A DNA stretch of 64,000 nucleotides from a virus. Its lineage: Duplodnaviria > Heunggongvirae > Uroviricota > Caudoviricetes. The stretch lies in the IMG/VR virus record IMGVR_UViG_3300029842_000004. One strand, written 5' to 3'. The position numbers were made by a program, and so were the translations under genes. Numbering within the stretch: the stretch's first letter is position 1; the number at the start of each line of letters is the position of its first letter. The notes under the pieces were generated by a model. That model did not search any database and was not told the DNA's origin. It saw only the letters and a list, made by a program, of their open reading frames with translations. Below, in pieces: positions 1-8,630 of the stretch.

Positions 1-74
1 GTTTTAAAACAGCATTTTGTAGTTTCTACCAACAAAATTAAGACTTACAGCGTTTTTAAAACAGCATTTTGTAG
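1..74. repeat. Two direct repeats gtttt(t)aaaacagcattttgtag (22-23 nt), 50-nt period, first copy at window edge
   Basis: Copies at 1-22 and 51-73 separated by a 28-nt unique segment. The unit may extend upstream of the window. Confidence 0.7.
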
Positions 75-138
75 GTAAGAGTTAAGGACTGCATTATGTG
101 AGTATTTTTTTTTAAGCGGGATGTTTAACAATTAAAAT

Positions 139-426
139 ATGGATGGTATGAACGTATATGACTTTGCGCCTGACTTAGATTTGAGTAAGGAGGGAGAAGG
201 TTCTATTTTTGGGGTGAAAGGAATAGAAGGTAGTGATGGAATAGAATACGCTAAGGTAGTTAGCTGTGTAGACGTTAAGGATTACAGTTGTGATAGGTGT
301 ATTTTTTTTTATGATTGTCATAAGGATAATTGTTATAAGGATAAATGTTTATTATCGCGTAGTGATAGTTGTGTAGATGGAGATTGGCTTTGTAGGTACG
401 AACAGGCTGCCATAGAGGGGGAATAG
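139..426 (+). CDS. hypothetical small Cys-rich protein (95 aa)
   Basis: ATG-started ORF. Multiple Cys pairs (CxxC-like). Confidence 0.45.
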   Translation: MDGMNVYDFAPDLDLSKEGEGSIFGVKGIEGSDGIEYAKVVSCVDVKDYSCDRCIFFYDCHKDNCYKDKCLLSRSDSCVDGDWLCRYEQAAIEGE

Positions 427-520
427 GCGGCGCCTTGGGCTAAGGCCTGCGGTTGTAGGTGGAACGTAGGTCGGAGCAGAGCCGGAACAGTTTATTGTGG
501 AACTAAAAAAAATAAAAAGG
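427..520 (+). other. GC-rich structured element immediately 3' of stop codon (GGCGGCGCC motif, small hairpins)
   Basis: Roughly 90-nt GC-rich island in AT-rich DNA. Hairpin gcctt-gggct-aaggc. T-arm-like hairpin gtaggtcgg-agcagag-ccgg at 466-485. Confidence 0.3.
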
Positions 521-533
521 AGGAGATAGCGAT

Positions 534-614
534 ATGAAAAAGGCATTTAAGATATTTTCTATTATGTTTGTCATAGAAATAGTGCTGATAGCTATTTTAG
601 ATGCTATGGCGTAA
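534..614 (+). CDS. small hydrophobic peptide (26 aa, MKKAFKIFSIMFVIEIVLIAILDAMA)
   Basis: Strong SD aaaaggagga 8 nt upstream of ATG. Single predicted TM helix. Followed by hairpin 657-686. Below the ORF-track size cutoff. Confidence 0.45.
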   Translation: MKKAFKIFSIMFVIEIVLIAILDAMA

Positions 615-656
615 GTGAGAAAAATTTCTTCATTAATTTTCTTATGCTTTAGACAA

Positions 657-686
657 AGTGCTCCCGTCTGCGAAGATCGGAGCACT
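657..686 (+). terminator. GC-rich hairpin (stem agtgctcc(c)g/cggagcact, loop tctgcgaagat), weak T tract after
   Basis: Inverted repeat read directly. Loop motif shared with the 5192-5229 terminator. Confidence 0.45.
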
Positions 687-693
687 TGCTTTA

Positions 694-738
694 TGGGATT
701 CATGGTGCGGTAGGTCGGTTCGATTCCGGCGATCTCAC
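694..738 (+). other. tRNA-like fragment: canonical T-arm (gtcgg-ttcgatt-ccggc) plus acceptor 3' strand gatctca, possible minihelix with tgggatt at 694-700
   Basis: GGTTCGATTCC T-loop/T-stem signature with G53 and C61 present. No D-arm or anticodon arm could be folded upstream. No CCA encoded. Confidence 0.3.
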
Positions 739-766
739 ACAACATTAAAAACAAAGGAGGAAGGAA

Positions 767-1108
767 ATGAAAGATGGCATTAAATTGCATCCAGAACACG
801 GATTGAATCCGTCTATAGAAGTCTGCATGATATGTGGCGAAGAGATGGGGATTGCTTTATTAGGGAATAACATCAAAGGGCAGGCGCCGCATCATATATG
901 CACGGGAGAAATATGTGACAATTGCAAAAAGATAATAGATGACGGAGGTTGTTTTATTATCGAAGTCGAGGATGGATCAGATCAAAAGAATCCGTATCGT
1001 ACAGGGAGATATTGCGCGATAAAGAAAGAAGCAGCAAAGAAAATACTTGGACAGGAACATAGTGTTGTGTACATGGAAAAGTCTGCATACAGTCAAATAA
1101 TACCATAA
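767..1108 (+). CDS. Zn-finger/Cys-rich protein (113 aa)
   Basis: Strong SD aaaggaggaagg. CMICGEEM...CTGEICDNC motifs. Confidence 0.65.
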   Translation: MKDGIKLHPEHGLNPSIEVCMICGEEMGIALLGNNIKGQAPHHICTGEICDNCKKIIDDGGCFIIEVEDGSDQKNPYRTGRYCAIKKEAAKKILGQEHSVVYMEKSAYSQIIP

Positions 1109-1122
1109 AAATAAAGAAAGAT

Positions 1123-1449
1123 ATGTTTACAAAAGAAGAGCGATTATTCATTTGGAAAAATGTATATGAGATGATTGATAGGCAAGAGGATGGGGAATAC
1201 ATATGTGTTGCGTTAAGAAATGTAGTGTTTATGTATTTCAAAAAACATAAAAATATCTATGGGTTTCGTTCAGACGAAATGGTGAGAATATATTTCCCGG
1301 AATTGGAGGAGAAGATAAGTATGGCCACAGAACCAGAGGAAACAAGAACGTTTTATGGGTGGTTTGGTTGTATTAGTCCAGAAACGAAGGAGGTAAGGCT
1401 GAATATTGTGAAAGATATTATAACAGAGGTTTGTTGTTGTGTTCAATAA
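1123..1449 (+). CDS. hypothetical protein (108 aa)
   Basis: ORF in operon-like array. Confidence 0.55.
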   Translation: MFTKEERLFIWKNVYEMIDRQEDGEYICVALRNVVFMYFKKHKNIYGFRSDEMVRIYFPELEEKISMATEPEETRTFYGWFGCISPETKEVRLNIVKDIITEVCCCVQ

Positions 1450-1657
1450 CAGATTCAGGCTTTACGTCTATAGCGGGCGTAATATCGGCTGTTAAAGACA
1501 AGTTACCAAACAAAGATCATAAGAAGATGGTGTTTGAAATCTTGAATGATACGAAAAAAGAGTACGGACGATATAACAATTGTGGGACAAAAGTATTGTA
1601 ATAAAGAGCAGAAAACAATATGTTTATGTAATATTAGTTTTTTCATTTTTATTGAAA

Positions 1658-1695
1658 AGAGCGCCGGCCTGTGAAGGTATGCGCTCTTTGTATTT
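1658..1695 (+). terminator. rho-independent terminator-like hairpin (agagcgc / gcgctct, loop cggcctgtgaaggtat) plus T-rich tail
   Basis: 7-bp GC stem, T-rich downstream. Loop resembles the CTGCGAAGAT motif. Confidence 0.5.
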
Positions 1696-1720
1696 GTATA
1701 ATATATAAAACAATAATAAT

Positions 1721-1975
1721 ATGACAGATAATAACATAGATGTGAATATCGTACCTGTAAAGAATGGTGCGAAACGTGTTGTGGTATCATATTACCATTA
1801 TTCACGCAAGGAGAAAGATCGCATGAGTTCTCAAACGGATTACGTGTGGGAAACAAAGAATGAAGAAATGTTTAAATACTTTGAGGCCAGGAGGACAAAA
1901 GTATTTTATAGTCAGATTCGTGCCATGTGTAGATTCTATGGCAAGAAAAATGTACGTAAATACAAAAAGCTATGA
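1721..1975 (+). CDS. hypothetical protein (84 aa)
   Basis: ORF. Confidence 0.5.
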   Translation: MTDNNIDVNIVPVKNGAKRVVVSYYHYSRKEKDRMSSQTDYVWETKNEEMFKYFEARRTKVFYSQIRAMCRFYGKKNVRKYKKL

Positions 1976-1978
1976 TGG

Positions 1979-2203
1979 GTGATTATACACCATTTTACAT
2001 CAAAGATGAAAAATGATATACATTTGTACGAAACTTCATACTGGGTATCACCAATACCCTCTACCGGTTGCTCAAAAGTGAGATCGCCGGATTCTTTTAC
2101 TAAAAACGTTTTTGATTTTACCCATCTTACGTTTTCAAGATGGAACCTTATATCAAAGACCTCTTTTGCCCAACCGTCTTGTCCGAAACGAGGGACTATG
2201 TGA
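1979..2203 (+). CDS. hypothetical protein (74 aa, GTG start)
   Basis: ORF with GTG start overlapping the upstream stop. Confidence 0.35.
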   Translation: MIIHHFTSKMKNDIHLYETSYWVSPIPSTGCSKVRSPDSFTKNVFDFTHLTFSRWNLISKTSFAQPSCPKRGTM

Positions 2204-2302
2204 TTCGATTGAGTGAAACAAAGCTAGAAAAGAAGAATATGAAATTAAATAACATCCGTATGTTTTATAACATACGTTTAGTGTAAAATATATAATCACC
2301 CT

Positions 2303-3112
2303 ATGATATTAAAAACGACAACCAACGAGTTTTGTTTCATTAACGTAAGTTTCTATGAAACAATAGCAGATCCTCGATATTTCTTTGAACAGGATTATGA
2401 AGAGATGCCAGAATATGAGGAGGAATCGGATTTTGATTTTGATTCTTATTACAATAAGTTTATTCCTTTTGTACAGGAATGGGCGAATGAGGTAAGTGAA
2501 CGCCTTTACGGATATGGCGTGAATAGTATAAAGGTAACATCGGTCGGATATCCAAAAGATCACAATTATGGTACTGATTGGATGGATGTAAGGGTAGAGT
2601 TTTGTGATGAATGGAGGAAAAAGATGTTATCTAACATTGGTAAGATTGTTAATGATGATAAATGCAAGAAGTGTGCGGAGGCTAATTATCGGTCGGTATC
2701 AGGATACATCTTTTTAGGGCCTGAAGATTTAAAGGAATTTGAAAAGAAAATAATAGAAAGAAAGTCAGATTCGGGATATGATGTAACAATATTATTAAAT
2801 ATGTATCTAACTTTGGCTTTTGTAAAAGAATTTGGATTTAAAGCCGGAGAAGCATGGAGTGAAATAACAGAATATGCTTACGGATGTTTGTCGTATTCCG
2901 ATTTTGCAACAACAGAGATGCTTATACCAGAAGGTTCGGAGCATTTATTCAAAGACATTTACACGGCAAAGGCCGACGAATTATATCATCATGTCCTGGA
3001 TAAATTCAGATGGGCGTGGCGTGATCCGAAATATAAGTCAGAAACAGAATTATGCGCGATGCTAAAGTGGGCAAAAGAAAAAGGCTTGACCATTGAAGAG
3101 TTAAGTATTTAA
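2303..3112 (+). CDS. hypothetical protein (269 aa)
   Basis: Long ORF in AT-rich DNA. Confidence 0.65.
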   Translation: MILKTTTNEFCFINVSFYETIADPRYFFEQDYEEMPEYEEESDFDFDSYYNKFIPFVQEWANEVSERLYGYGVNSIKVTSVGYPKDHNYGTDWMDVRVEFCDEWRKKMLSNIGKIVNDDKCKKCAEANYRSVSGYIFLGPEDLKEFEKKIIERKSDSGYDVTILLNMYLTLAFVKEFGFKAGEAWSEITEYAYGCLSYSDFATTEMLIPEGSEHLFKDIYTAKADELYHHVLDKFRWAWRDPKYKSETELCAMLKWAKEKGLTIEELSI

Positions 3113-3139
3113 TTGTTAAACATAAGGCAGTAGTGGTGC

Positions 3140-3424
3140 GTGAGTATAGGTGCTGCCGTTAAAATATTTTATAAGATGAAAAAAGAAGAGATTCAAACTA
3201 TTTTATACACAATCAAAGAAGGAGACAGTATTAAGATCAAAGTACAAGACAAAAGTGAAGAGATAAGACTGCGGGATTATGTAAGAAGAGTACAGAAATA
3301 CGGATACAGATTTTGTTTGTCTCATTTACATGATGGAATTTTCTATCTGGAGAAGTTAAAAGAAGGGGATAAGGATAAATACTATAGAGTAATAAACAGA
3401 GGAAATGGAAAGACCGGAGTATAA
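3140..3424 (+). CDS. hypothetical protein (94 aa)
   Basis: ORF. Confidence 0.5.
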   Translation: MSIGAAVKIFYKMKKEEIQTILYTIKEGDSIKIKVQDKSEEIRLRDYVRRVQKYGYRFCLSHLHDGIFYLEKLKEGDKDKYYRVINRGNGKTGV

Positions 3425-3698
3425 CAAGCTACGTAAAATGGCTAAGACTACTCCAGGTCTGATAGTGGACGAGGCGCAAAACATGATGCGTGTATCGCTA
3501 TACGATAATGGGGAACTTAAGAAGGTGGTAGTAGTAATGAAATGCGATTCTTTTTTACAGTCAAAAAGTAACATAGAAAAGATAATGTTATTATCATCTT
3601 CTATAGAAGATAGAAAAAACAAAGAAAAAAATAAAACAAAATCAGAAAATGAACAGAATAACAAAAATAAGAGAAGAAATAGGAGAAAAACAGGTTGA
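3405..3698 (+). CDS. hypothetical Lys-rich protein (97 aa)
   Basis: ORF. 3' end overlaps the next ORF by 50 nt. Confidence 0.35.
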   Translation: MERPEYNKLRKMAKTTPGLIVDEAQNMMRVSLYDNGELKKVVVVMKCDSFLQSKSNIEKIMLLSSSIEDRKNKEKNKTKSENEQNNKNKRRNRRKTG

Positions 3699-4032
3699 TT
3701 TAACCTTTTACGGGCGCTTTTGCAGCCTTATCGAAGATGATAGAAAGATAATACTAAGGGCGATAAAAAACGGTCGTAAGAAGGGCGTAATTGGAGCCAT
3801 TCAGCCTGGGAGACATGATAGAATTTGGACCACATGGTCTATTGCTTTTGATGATTTGAAGGTAGGGGATACGGTAGAGTTCAGTACATCTGGAAAATAC
3901 AATCCCGGATTTCATGCTACGGAAAAGTATGTAGGGTGTGTAGAATGGATAAAAGGATCGGAATGTGCGATAAAAACCGGCAATGGAATGGCGGTAGTAT
4001 TAATTAAACACATAGAAGGGGTAGTAAAATGA
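3649..4032 (+). CDS. hypothetical protein (127 aa)
   Basis: ORF. ATGA overlap with the next gene. Confidence 0.55.
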   Translation: MNRITKIREEIGEKQVDLTFYGRFCSLIEDDRKIILRAIKNGRKKGVIGAIQPGRHDRIWTTWSIAFDDLKVGDTVEFSTSGKYNPGFHATEKYVGCVEWIKGSECAIKTGNGMAVVLIKHIEGVVK

Positions 4033-4313
4033 TGGGGTTGAGAGAATTTGTAGAACTTTTTGACAAGAATGAAGTAAAGAATTTGTTTAATGCATTGTCT
4101 TCATGTATAGAATACGTAAGGATAGATTTGCATGTATTTAATATAGGTGCTCATGTTGCGTGTCTGTACAGTAATGATCCTGAATTGCTTTCACAGGCAG
4201 AAGGTTGTAATGTGAATATGATAATAGAGGTACCCTACTTGTTTGAAGCATTTATGGAATACGCTTCACCGGAACTGAAAGCTTATTATGATGAACTAAC
4301 AAAAGAAGTATGA
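4029..4313 (+). CDS. hypothetical protein (94 aa)
   Basis: ORF, translationally coupled. Confidence 0.55.
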   Translation: MMGLREFVELFDKNEVKNLFNALSSCIEYVRIDLHVFNIGAHVACLYSNDPELLSQAEGCNVNMIIEVPYLFEAFMEYASPELKAYYDELTKEV

Positions 4314-4783
4314 AAGAGGAAGTAGAACGGATAAAGAAGTTGGTTGGCATAGATCATAACAGATGGGAGCAACCTTGTACATGTGATAAATGTAAAAACA
4401 TGTGTAAAGTTCCTTGTATTGGTACGCCAAAAGACATAGAGGCTATCATAGATGCCGGATACGCTGACAGGTTAAAAGAAACAATGTGGATGGTAGGGTA
4501 TCTTGCAGTGAAAGAAAAACCAATAGCGATGATCCAGCCAACAGAGAAAGACGGGTGGTGCGCATTCCGCCAGCCGGGCGGTCTCTGCGAGCTGCATGAC
4601 CTCGGACTAAAGCCGACTGAAGGAGTTCTGGCTTCTTGTAAGGTGGTTGAAGAAGACGATATTCCGACATACGAAACATCCGTACTTAGAGCAGTAGCTT
4701 ACGAGTGGGTTAAGGTGGAGAACTTTGGAAATGTAATGAAGGTCGTTTTTAAATTTTTGCATGAAAATGAACGTAGAAGATAA
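4310..4783 (+). CDS. hypothetical Cys-rich protein (157 aa)
   Basis: ORF. CTCDKCKNMCKVPC motif. Confidence 0.6.
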   Translation: MKEEVERIKKLVGIDHNRWEQPCTCDKCKNMCKVPCIGTPKDIEAIIDAGYADRLKETMWMVGYLAVKEKPIAMIQPTEKDGWCAFRQPGGLCELHDLGLKPTEGVLASCKVVEEDDIPTYETSVLRAVAYEWVKVENFGNVMKVVFKFLHENERRR

Positions 4784-5171
4784 ATTAAATAAAGTGGTTA
4801 AGATCCTAAAAGAAAAAGGATTCGTAGTATATAGAAAGGGCGGGAAGGAGCCAGGTGTATTTTATGCCAAAGAAGGTGACAGCCGGATAGGATTCGTTTA
4901 TCCAAACAACGGATATATATACGACAGGATAAAAATGTGGTCTTTTTCAAGGGTATATAAACCACATAAGAAAACAGGGTCTTCGTGTTTAATGTGTGTC
5001 AGCGACGAATTTACTATAGAAAATGCGATTAAGAACATAGAGGATAGACTGTGGGTAAATTACATAAAAGATGGTAACAGAAAACGACCAGAAGAATATA
5101 AAAATATAAGAGAATTTGTTGGTAGCTTCACTAAATTCCACAACTCTGTAGAATTAGTTGAGGTTAAGTAG
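4761..5171 (+). CDS. hypothetical protein (136 aa)
   Basis: ORF followed by a clear terminator. Confidence 0.6.
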   Translation: MKMNVEDKLNKVVKILKEKGFVVYRKGGKEPGVFYAKEGDSRIGFVYPNNGYIYDRIKMWSFSRVYKPHKKTGSSCLMCVSDEFTIENAIKNIEDRLWVNYIKDGNRKRPEEYKNIREFVGSFTKFHNSVELVEVK

Positions 5172-5191
5172 TTTTCCATGTAAGTTAGTTA

Positions 5192-5229
5192 CCGGCACTG
5201 GTCTGCGAAGATAGGTGCCGTTTTTTTAT
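5192..5229 (+). terminator. rho-independent terminator (cggcac / gtgccg stem, loop tggtctgcgaagatag, then TTTTTTTAT)
   Basis: 6-bp GC stem followed directly by a T7 run. Confidence 0.8.
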
Positions 5230-5248
5230 TCAAGAAAGGAGGACAAAG

Positions 5249-5500
5249 ATGGAGAAAAGAGACAAGAAGATGCCTTACGAGGTAGTCATACAGGAAAGAA
5301 AAAGAGTGGATTTGTACGGTAACGTAGTGTATTATATCCATTGGTTTGATAAATATGGGTACAATATCACAAAAGAATGGAAATTCTGGAGCAAGGGCCC
5401 GAAAAAGAAATATGATAGAGTTAATCGTTATCTAACGGATAGTTGGCTGAAGGAATACTGTGGGAATAACAATTTAAAGATAAGTAGAATTAAGGAATGA
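5249..5500 (+). CDS. hypothetical protein (83 aa)
   Basis: SD gaaaggagga. ORF. Confidence 0.6.
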   Translation: MEKRDKKMPYEVVIQERKRVDLYGNVVYYIHWFDKYGYNITKEWKFWSKGPKKKYDRVNRYLTDSWLKEYCGNNNLKISRIKE

Positions 5501-6012
5501 AAACGATAAAAGTAGACAAAGTGATATTATATTACATGGATCGGGTAGACCCTGACGGGAATTTATACCGGTTCTATGTGTATAAAGGAATGGCATCTGA
5601 AATAGAATACTTTTGCACGGAAGAGGCAGGTAATATGACTATACCAATCGGAGAAGGAAAGTATATTGAAATCATGCCAAAAGAAATAGAGAAAATACCA
5701 GTAAGGGGATACAGGAGGCTTGCTGGAATATGGAATCGTGAAACATGTAACGGGAAGGGATGGTATAGGCTTTTTAATTATTTCAAATACAAGCCAGACA
5801 TATGTTATATTAAAAACATAGGGCGTGATAAAAATGGAAACACAAGATATGAAATATCATTATTTAATGCCACTATGAATGTGACAAGGTATTTTAATCT
5901 GTGGAGAATGAAGCCAGGGAAGCATGTTATGATAACAAACGAGTACGGAGTCTTGGATATTATAAAAGAAAAATTCGATAACATAAATATAGTGGAATAT
6001 GGTTCTAAATAA
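5497..6012 (+). CDS. hypothetical protein (171 aa)
   Basis: ORF. Confidence 0.6.
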   Translation: MKTIKVDKVILYYMDRVDPDGNLYRFYVYKGMASEIEYFCTEEAGNMTIPIGEGKYIEIMPKEIEKIPVRGYRRLAGIWNRETCNGKGWYRLFNYFKYKPDICYIKNIGRDKNGNTRYEISLFNATMNVTRYFNLWRMKPGKHVMITNEYGVLDIIKEKFDNINIVEYGSK

Positions 6013-6253
6013 ATTGTATAAAGAAATAGAAGAAGCAGAGGCCAGTCTGAATGCAAAAAGATTAAAGTACATCAAAGAAGCATTAGCAGAAAACAATGGA
6101 ATTATAAAGCTAAAATTTAAAGAGTTTAAAGAATTTAAAGAAACTAATGATGTATTTGACTTTGATGATCAGTTTCCAGTGATAATAGAAATTGATGGAA
6201 ATTCCATGTATTTAACGGAAGTGTATGTCAAAAAAAAAACGATTTTCGTGTAG
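5999..6253 (+). CDS. hypothetical protein (84 aa)
   Basis: ORF. In-frame A10 run near the 3' end. Confidence 0.5.
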   Translation: MVLNKLYKEIEEAEASLNAKRLKYIKEALAENNGIIKLKFKEFKEFKETNDVFDFDDQFPVIIEIDGNSMYLTEVYVKKKTIFV

Positions 6254-6355
6254 TCATGCTGGATTATACTGATATGACTTTTTATGATTATAGCAATCCA
6301 GGGGAAAATGAACAGGTTGCTTATTTTATTAACTATTGCTTAAATCAAGACAAAG

Positions 6356-6544
6356 ATGGGAAAGAGTAGAAAAGATTATGAGAAGTATCTTAACTCAATA
6401 TCTCCAGATAGAGACGATGAGAGATGGATCATTGGAGGAAAGAACAGGTATTGCGGTAGAGAGAATTATGGTACTATGATCAAAAGGTATGATCCTATTG
6501 GTTTCAGTGTAGGATACAGGGAGTGGGTAGAACAGCCAGAATAA
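6356..6544 (+). CDS. hypothetical protein (62 aa)
   Basis: ORF. Confidence 0.45.
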   Translation: MGKSRKDYEKYLNSISPDRDDERWIIGGKNRYCGRENYGTMIKRYDPIGFSVGYREWVEQPE

Positions 6545-6627
6545 GGCGGCGCCTGCCTTACAATGAGGCCAGCCTGGCTGTTCGTGGCCAGGATCATACA
6601 TTAATCAGATAGTGAACAACGAAAACA
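6545..6627 (+). other. GC-rich element 3' of stop (GGCGGCGCC motif plus hairpin cctggc-tgttcgtg-gccagg)
   Basis: Second copy of the GGCGGCGCC post-stop motif, with a GC hairpin at about 6571-6592. Confidence 0.3.
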
Positions 6628-6918
6628 ATGCATAAAATGGGAAACGAATTAAAACTTAACAGCGCAGAAGAAGCAGGAGTAATCTTAATAAGATTAACTC
6701 CAGAAGAGTATCCTATTGCGTACGCAAATAAGGTGAAATGTTTAATGCTTTCAGGTCTTAGCAAGAAAGAAGCTGAGAGGATGGCGATGGAGCCAATAGA
6801 TCTTGAATTGTATTATGAAGTAGGTGTAGGGCTGATGGCGGTAGAACCTGGAGCGGTGGAAGCCGGAACAATATACAGTCCATATTCAGGGGAATTATAT
6901 GACAATTCAAAAATTTAA
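6628..6918 (+). CDS. hypothetical protein (96 aa)
   Basis: ORF. Confidence 0.5.
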   Translation: MHKMGNELKLNSAEEAGVILIRLTPEEYPIAYANKVKCLMLSGLSKKEAERMAMEPIDLELYYEVGVGLMAVEPGAVEAGTIYSPYSGELYDNSKI

Positions 6919-6949
6919 TGAGGTAATTATATACCTAAAATAATAGTTT

Positions 6950-7264
6950 ATGACATTCAAAGAATTTATGAAAGAAGTGGGCTATAACCTACTGACTACC
7001 TTTTGGGAAGATTTCAGCATAGCTGACAAGTATGGTATAGCAGGTGTCAAAGATACCTACAAACGTGCATTCAGTGAATGGAAAGATGATTATAAGTTTT
7101 TCACGGAATTAACGCTCGTATTGAATCATAAAATCTGGCAGCATTATGAAAGCAATCGTGAACTGGCTGCATTGTATGACCGGTTGTGGCGAGAAGCTGA
7201 CGAGTATGCCATGAGCAACTTTAAGGGAGAAGAACTTGATTATTATTACAGAATAACCGATTAG
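6950..7264 (+). CDS. hypothetical protein (104 aa)
   Basis: ORF. Confidence 0.5.
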   Translation: MTFKEFMKEVGYNLLTTFWEDFSIADKYGIAGVKDTYKRAFSEWKDDYKFFTELTLVLNHKIWQHYESNRELAALYDRLWREADEYAMSNFKGEELDYYYRITD

Positions 7265-7480
7265 CTATGTTATACCCGTTTTCATTGACGCTTGACTTAT
7301 ATATACAAGCCGAATCGTTTGAAGAAGCCAAGAAATTAGCGGAAGCGTACGTTCAAGATGCTTCGTTAGATACGACTGACTATCCGGAAATAGTGCAGGA
7401 TGTGTTGGAAGTAGCAGAGGCTGACAGATACCGAAGCTTGTGACTGGAATGTCGGTTATAGCGGATATAGTTTTGATTTT

Positions 7481-7966
7481 ATGTTTGACGACCTACTGTA
7501 TTATGAAGACCCGTATGATTGTGACCAAGACATTTGTCTTAGCGATTTGCATGGCAAATTATTGTTTCGCTATATCAATAATAATATTATGCCGTATATC
7601 ACAAAAGGCAGGTATTATTCCAAGGGCAAATATGTAGATGGCAAATACCAATATAAAGACAGACATAGTAAAATATTGCTGGAGAATAACAACTGTCCTT
7701 TAACCGGAGTATGCTACGACCAAGATATTTTAGATCCGATTATCCGATATTACAAGACATGGAACAGTTATCCGGAAGATTTTTCTTGGCCGGATTTGAT
7801 GAGACAATGTTATGACAATTTCTTTAAGAGTTGGCATGAAGAATATGAATATTGGGCTGACGATGAGAGTGCGTTACGAGAGGAATTGCATAACAATCAA
7901 TATGAAGACCGCCTTTATTATAAAAATGGAGACGTATATGTTGGACAATTAAACGAAATAGCATGA
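7481..7966 (+). CDS. hypothetical protein (161 aa)
   Basis: ORF. Confidence 0.55.
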   Translation: MFDDLLYYEDPYDCDQDICLSDLHGKLLFRYINNNIMPYITKGRYYSKGKYVDGKYQYKDRHSKILLENNNCPLTGVCYDQDILDPIIRYYKTWNSYPEDFSWPDLMRQCYDNFFKSWHEEYEYWADDESALREELHNNQYEDRLYYKNGDVYVGQLNEIA

Positions 7967-8355
7967 AAACACAAAAAGAATATGCCTATAAGATTGGTGA
8001 AATCGTTCTCAGGGATGTAGAAAGCTGCCAGAGTGACTGGTTCCTTATTGATCAGGAAATATTTATGCTTCCTGAAAACCGGAACAAGGCATTTATTTTG
8101 GGAACCCGGAAGACCGGATGTGATTTAATAATACTGGGTGGCACTAATTGTGATGAAGGTAGTATGGATTGGCTTTTTGGGAGTCTTGGCAATGAAAATT
8201 TCTATATATGTCAGCCGTTATCTTTCTATAAATCACAACGAGAAATCCAGAAAGTAAATCCGCTTTATGCTTTCAAGGTGGCCACTGCTTATTTTGGAGA
8301 ACAAGGGAAGGTTCCGGTATTTGAAGATAGTAACTGTAGATTAATAAAACTATGA
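7963..8355 (+). CDS. hypothetical protein (130 aa)
   Basis: ORF, ATGA coupling. Confidence 0.55.
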   Translation: MKTQKEYAYKIGEIVLRDVESCQSDWFLIDQEIFMLPENRNKAFILGTRKTGCDLIILGGTNCDEGSMDWLFGSLGNENFYICQPLSFYKSQREIQKVNPLYAFKVATAYFGEQGKVPVFEDSNCRLIKL

Positions 8356-8618
8356 GCATAAAAGCAAGATGGGATTACAATCGTTGCTTTAAGGATGAAT
8401 CACCGGACAAGGATTTGTTCGTAGAAAAATACGGACGGGTAATGGGTGAGCATTATTATAACAAGTTTGTCCATGAATTTGACGGAAATATTCTGAAGAT
8501 GGTTGGTTGCTTCAGAGGTTCCGAAAAAGAGGGGCAAGTCTTCTGCGATATGATAACCGAACGTATTGAAAAATACGAAAAGAGAATGTCATATGATAAA
8601 GGTAAGTTAAACAATTAA
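8352..8618 (+). CDS. hypothetical protein (88 aa)
   Basis: ORF, ATGA coupling. Confidence 0.5.
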   Translation: MSIKARWDYNRCFKDESPDKDLFVEKYGRVMGEHYYNKFVHEFDGNILKMVGCFRGSEKEGQVFCDMITERIEKYEKRMSYDKGKLNN

Positions 8619-8630
8619 AAAGATATTTAT

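Noticed and set aside
1-74. CRISPR array
   Set aside because: Only two copies are visible, the unit is 22-23 nt (short for CRISPR), and no cas genes are in the window. Reported as a direct repeat or iteron-like element instead.
640-740. Complete tRNA gene around the GGTTCGATTCC T-loop
   Set aside because: A canonical T-arm and acceptor 3' strand are present, but no anticodon arm or D-arm can be folded in any register. The required 5' acceptor strand (tgagatc) is absent. It is kept only as a tRNA-like fragment.
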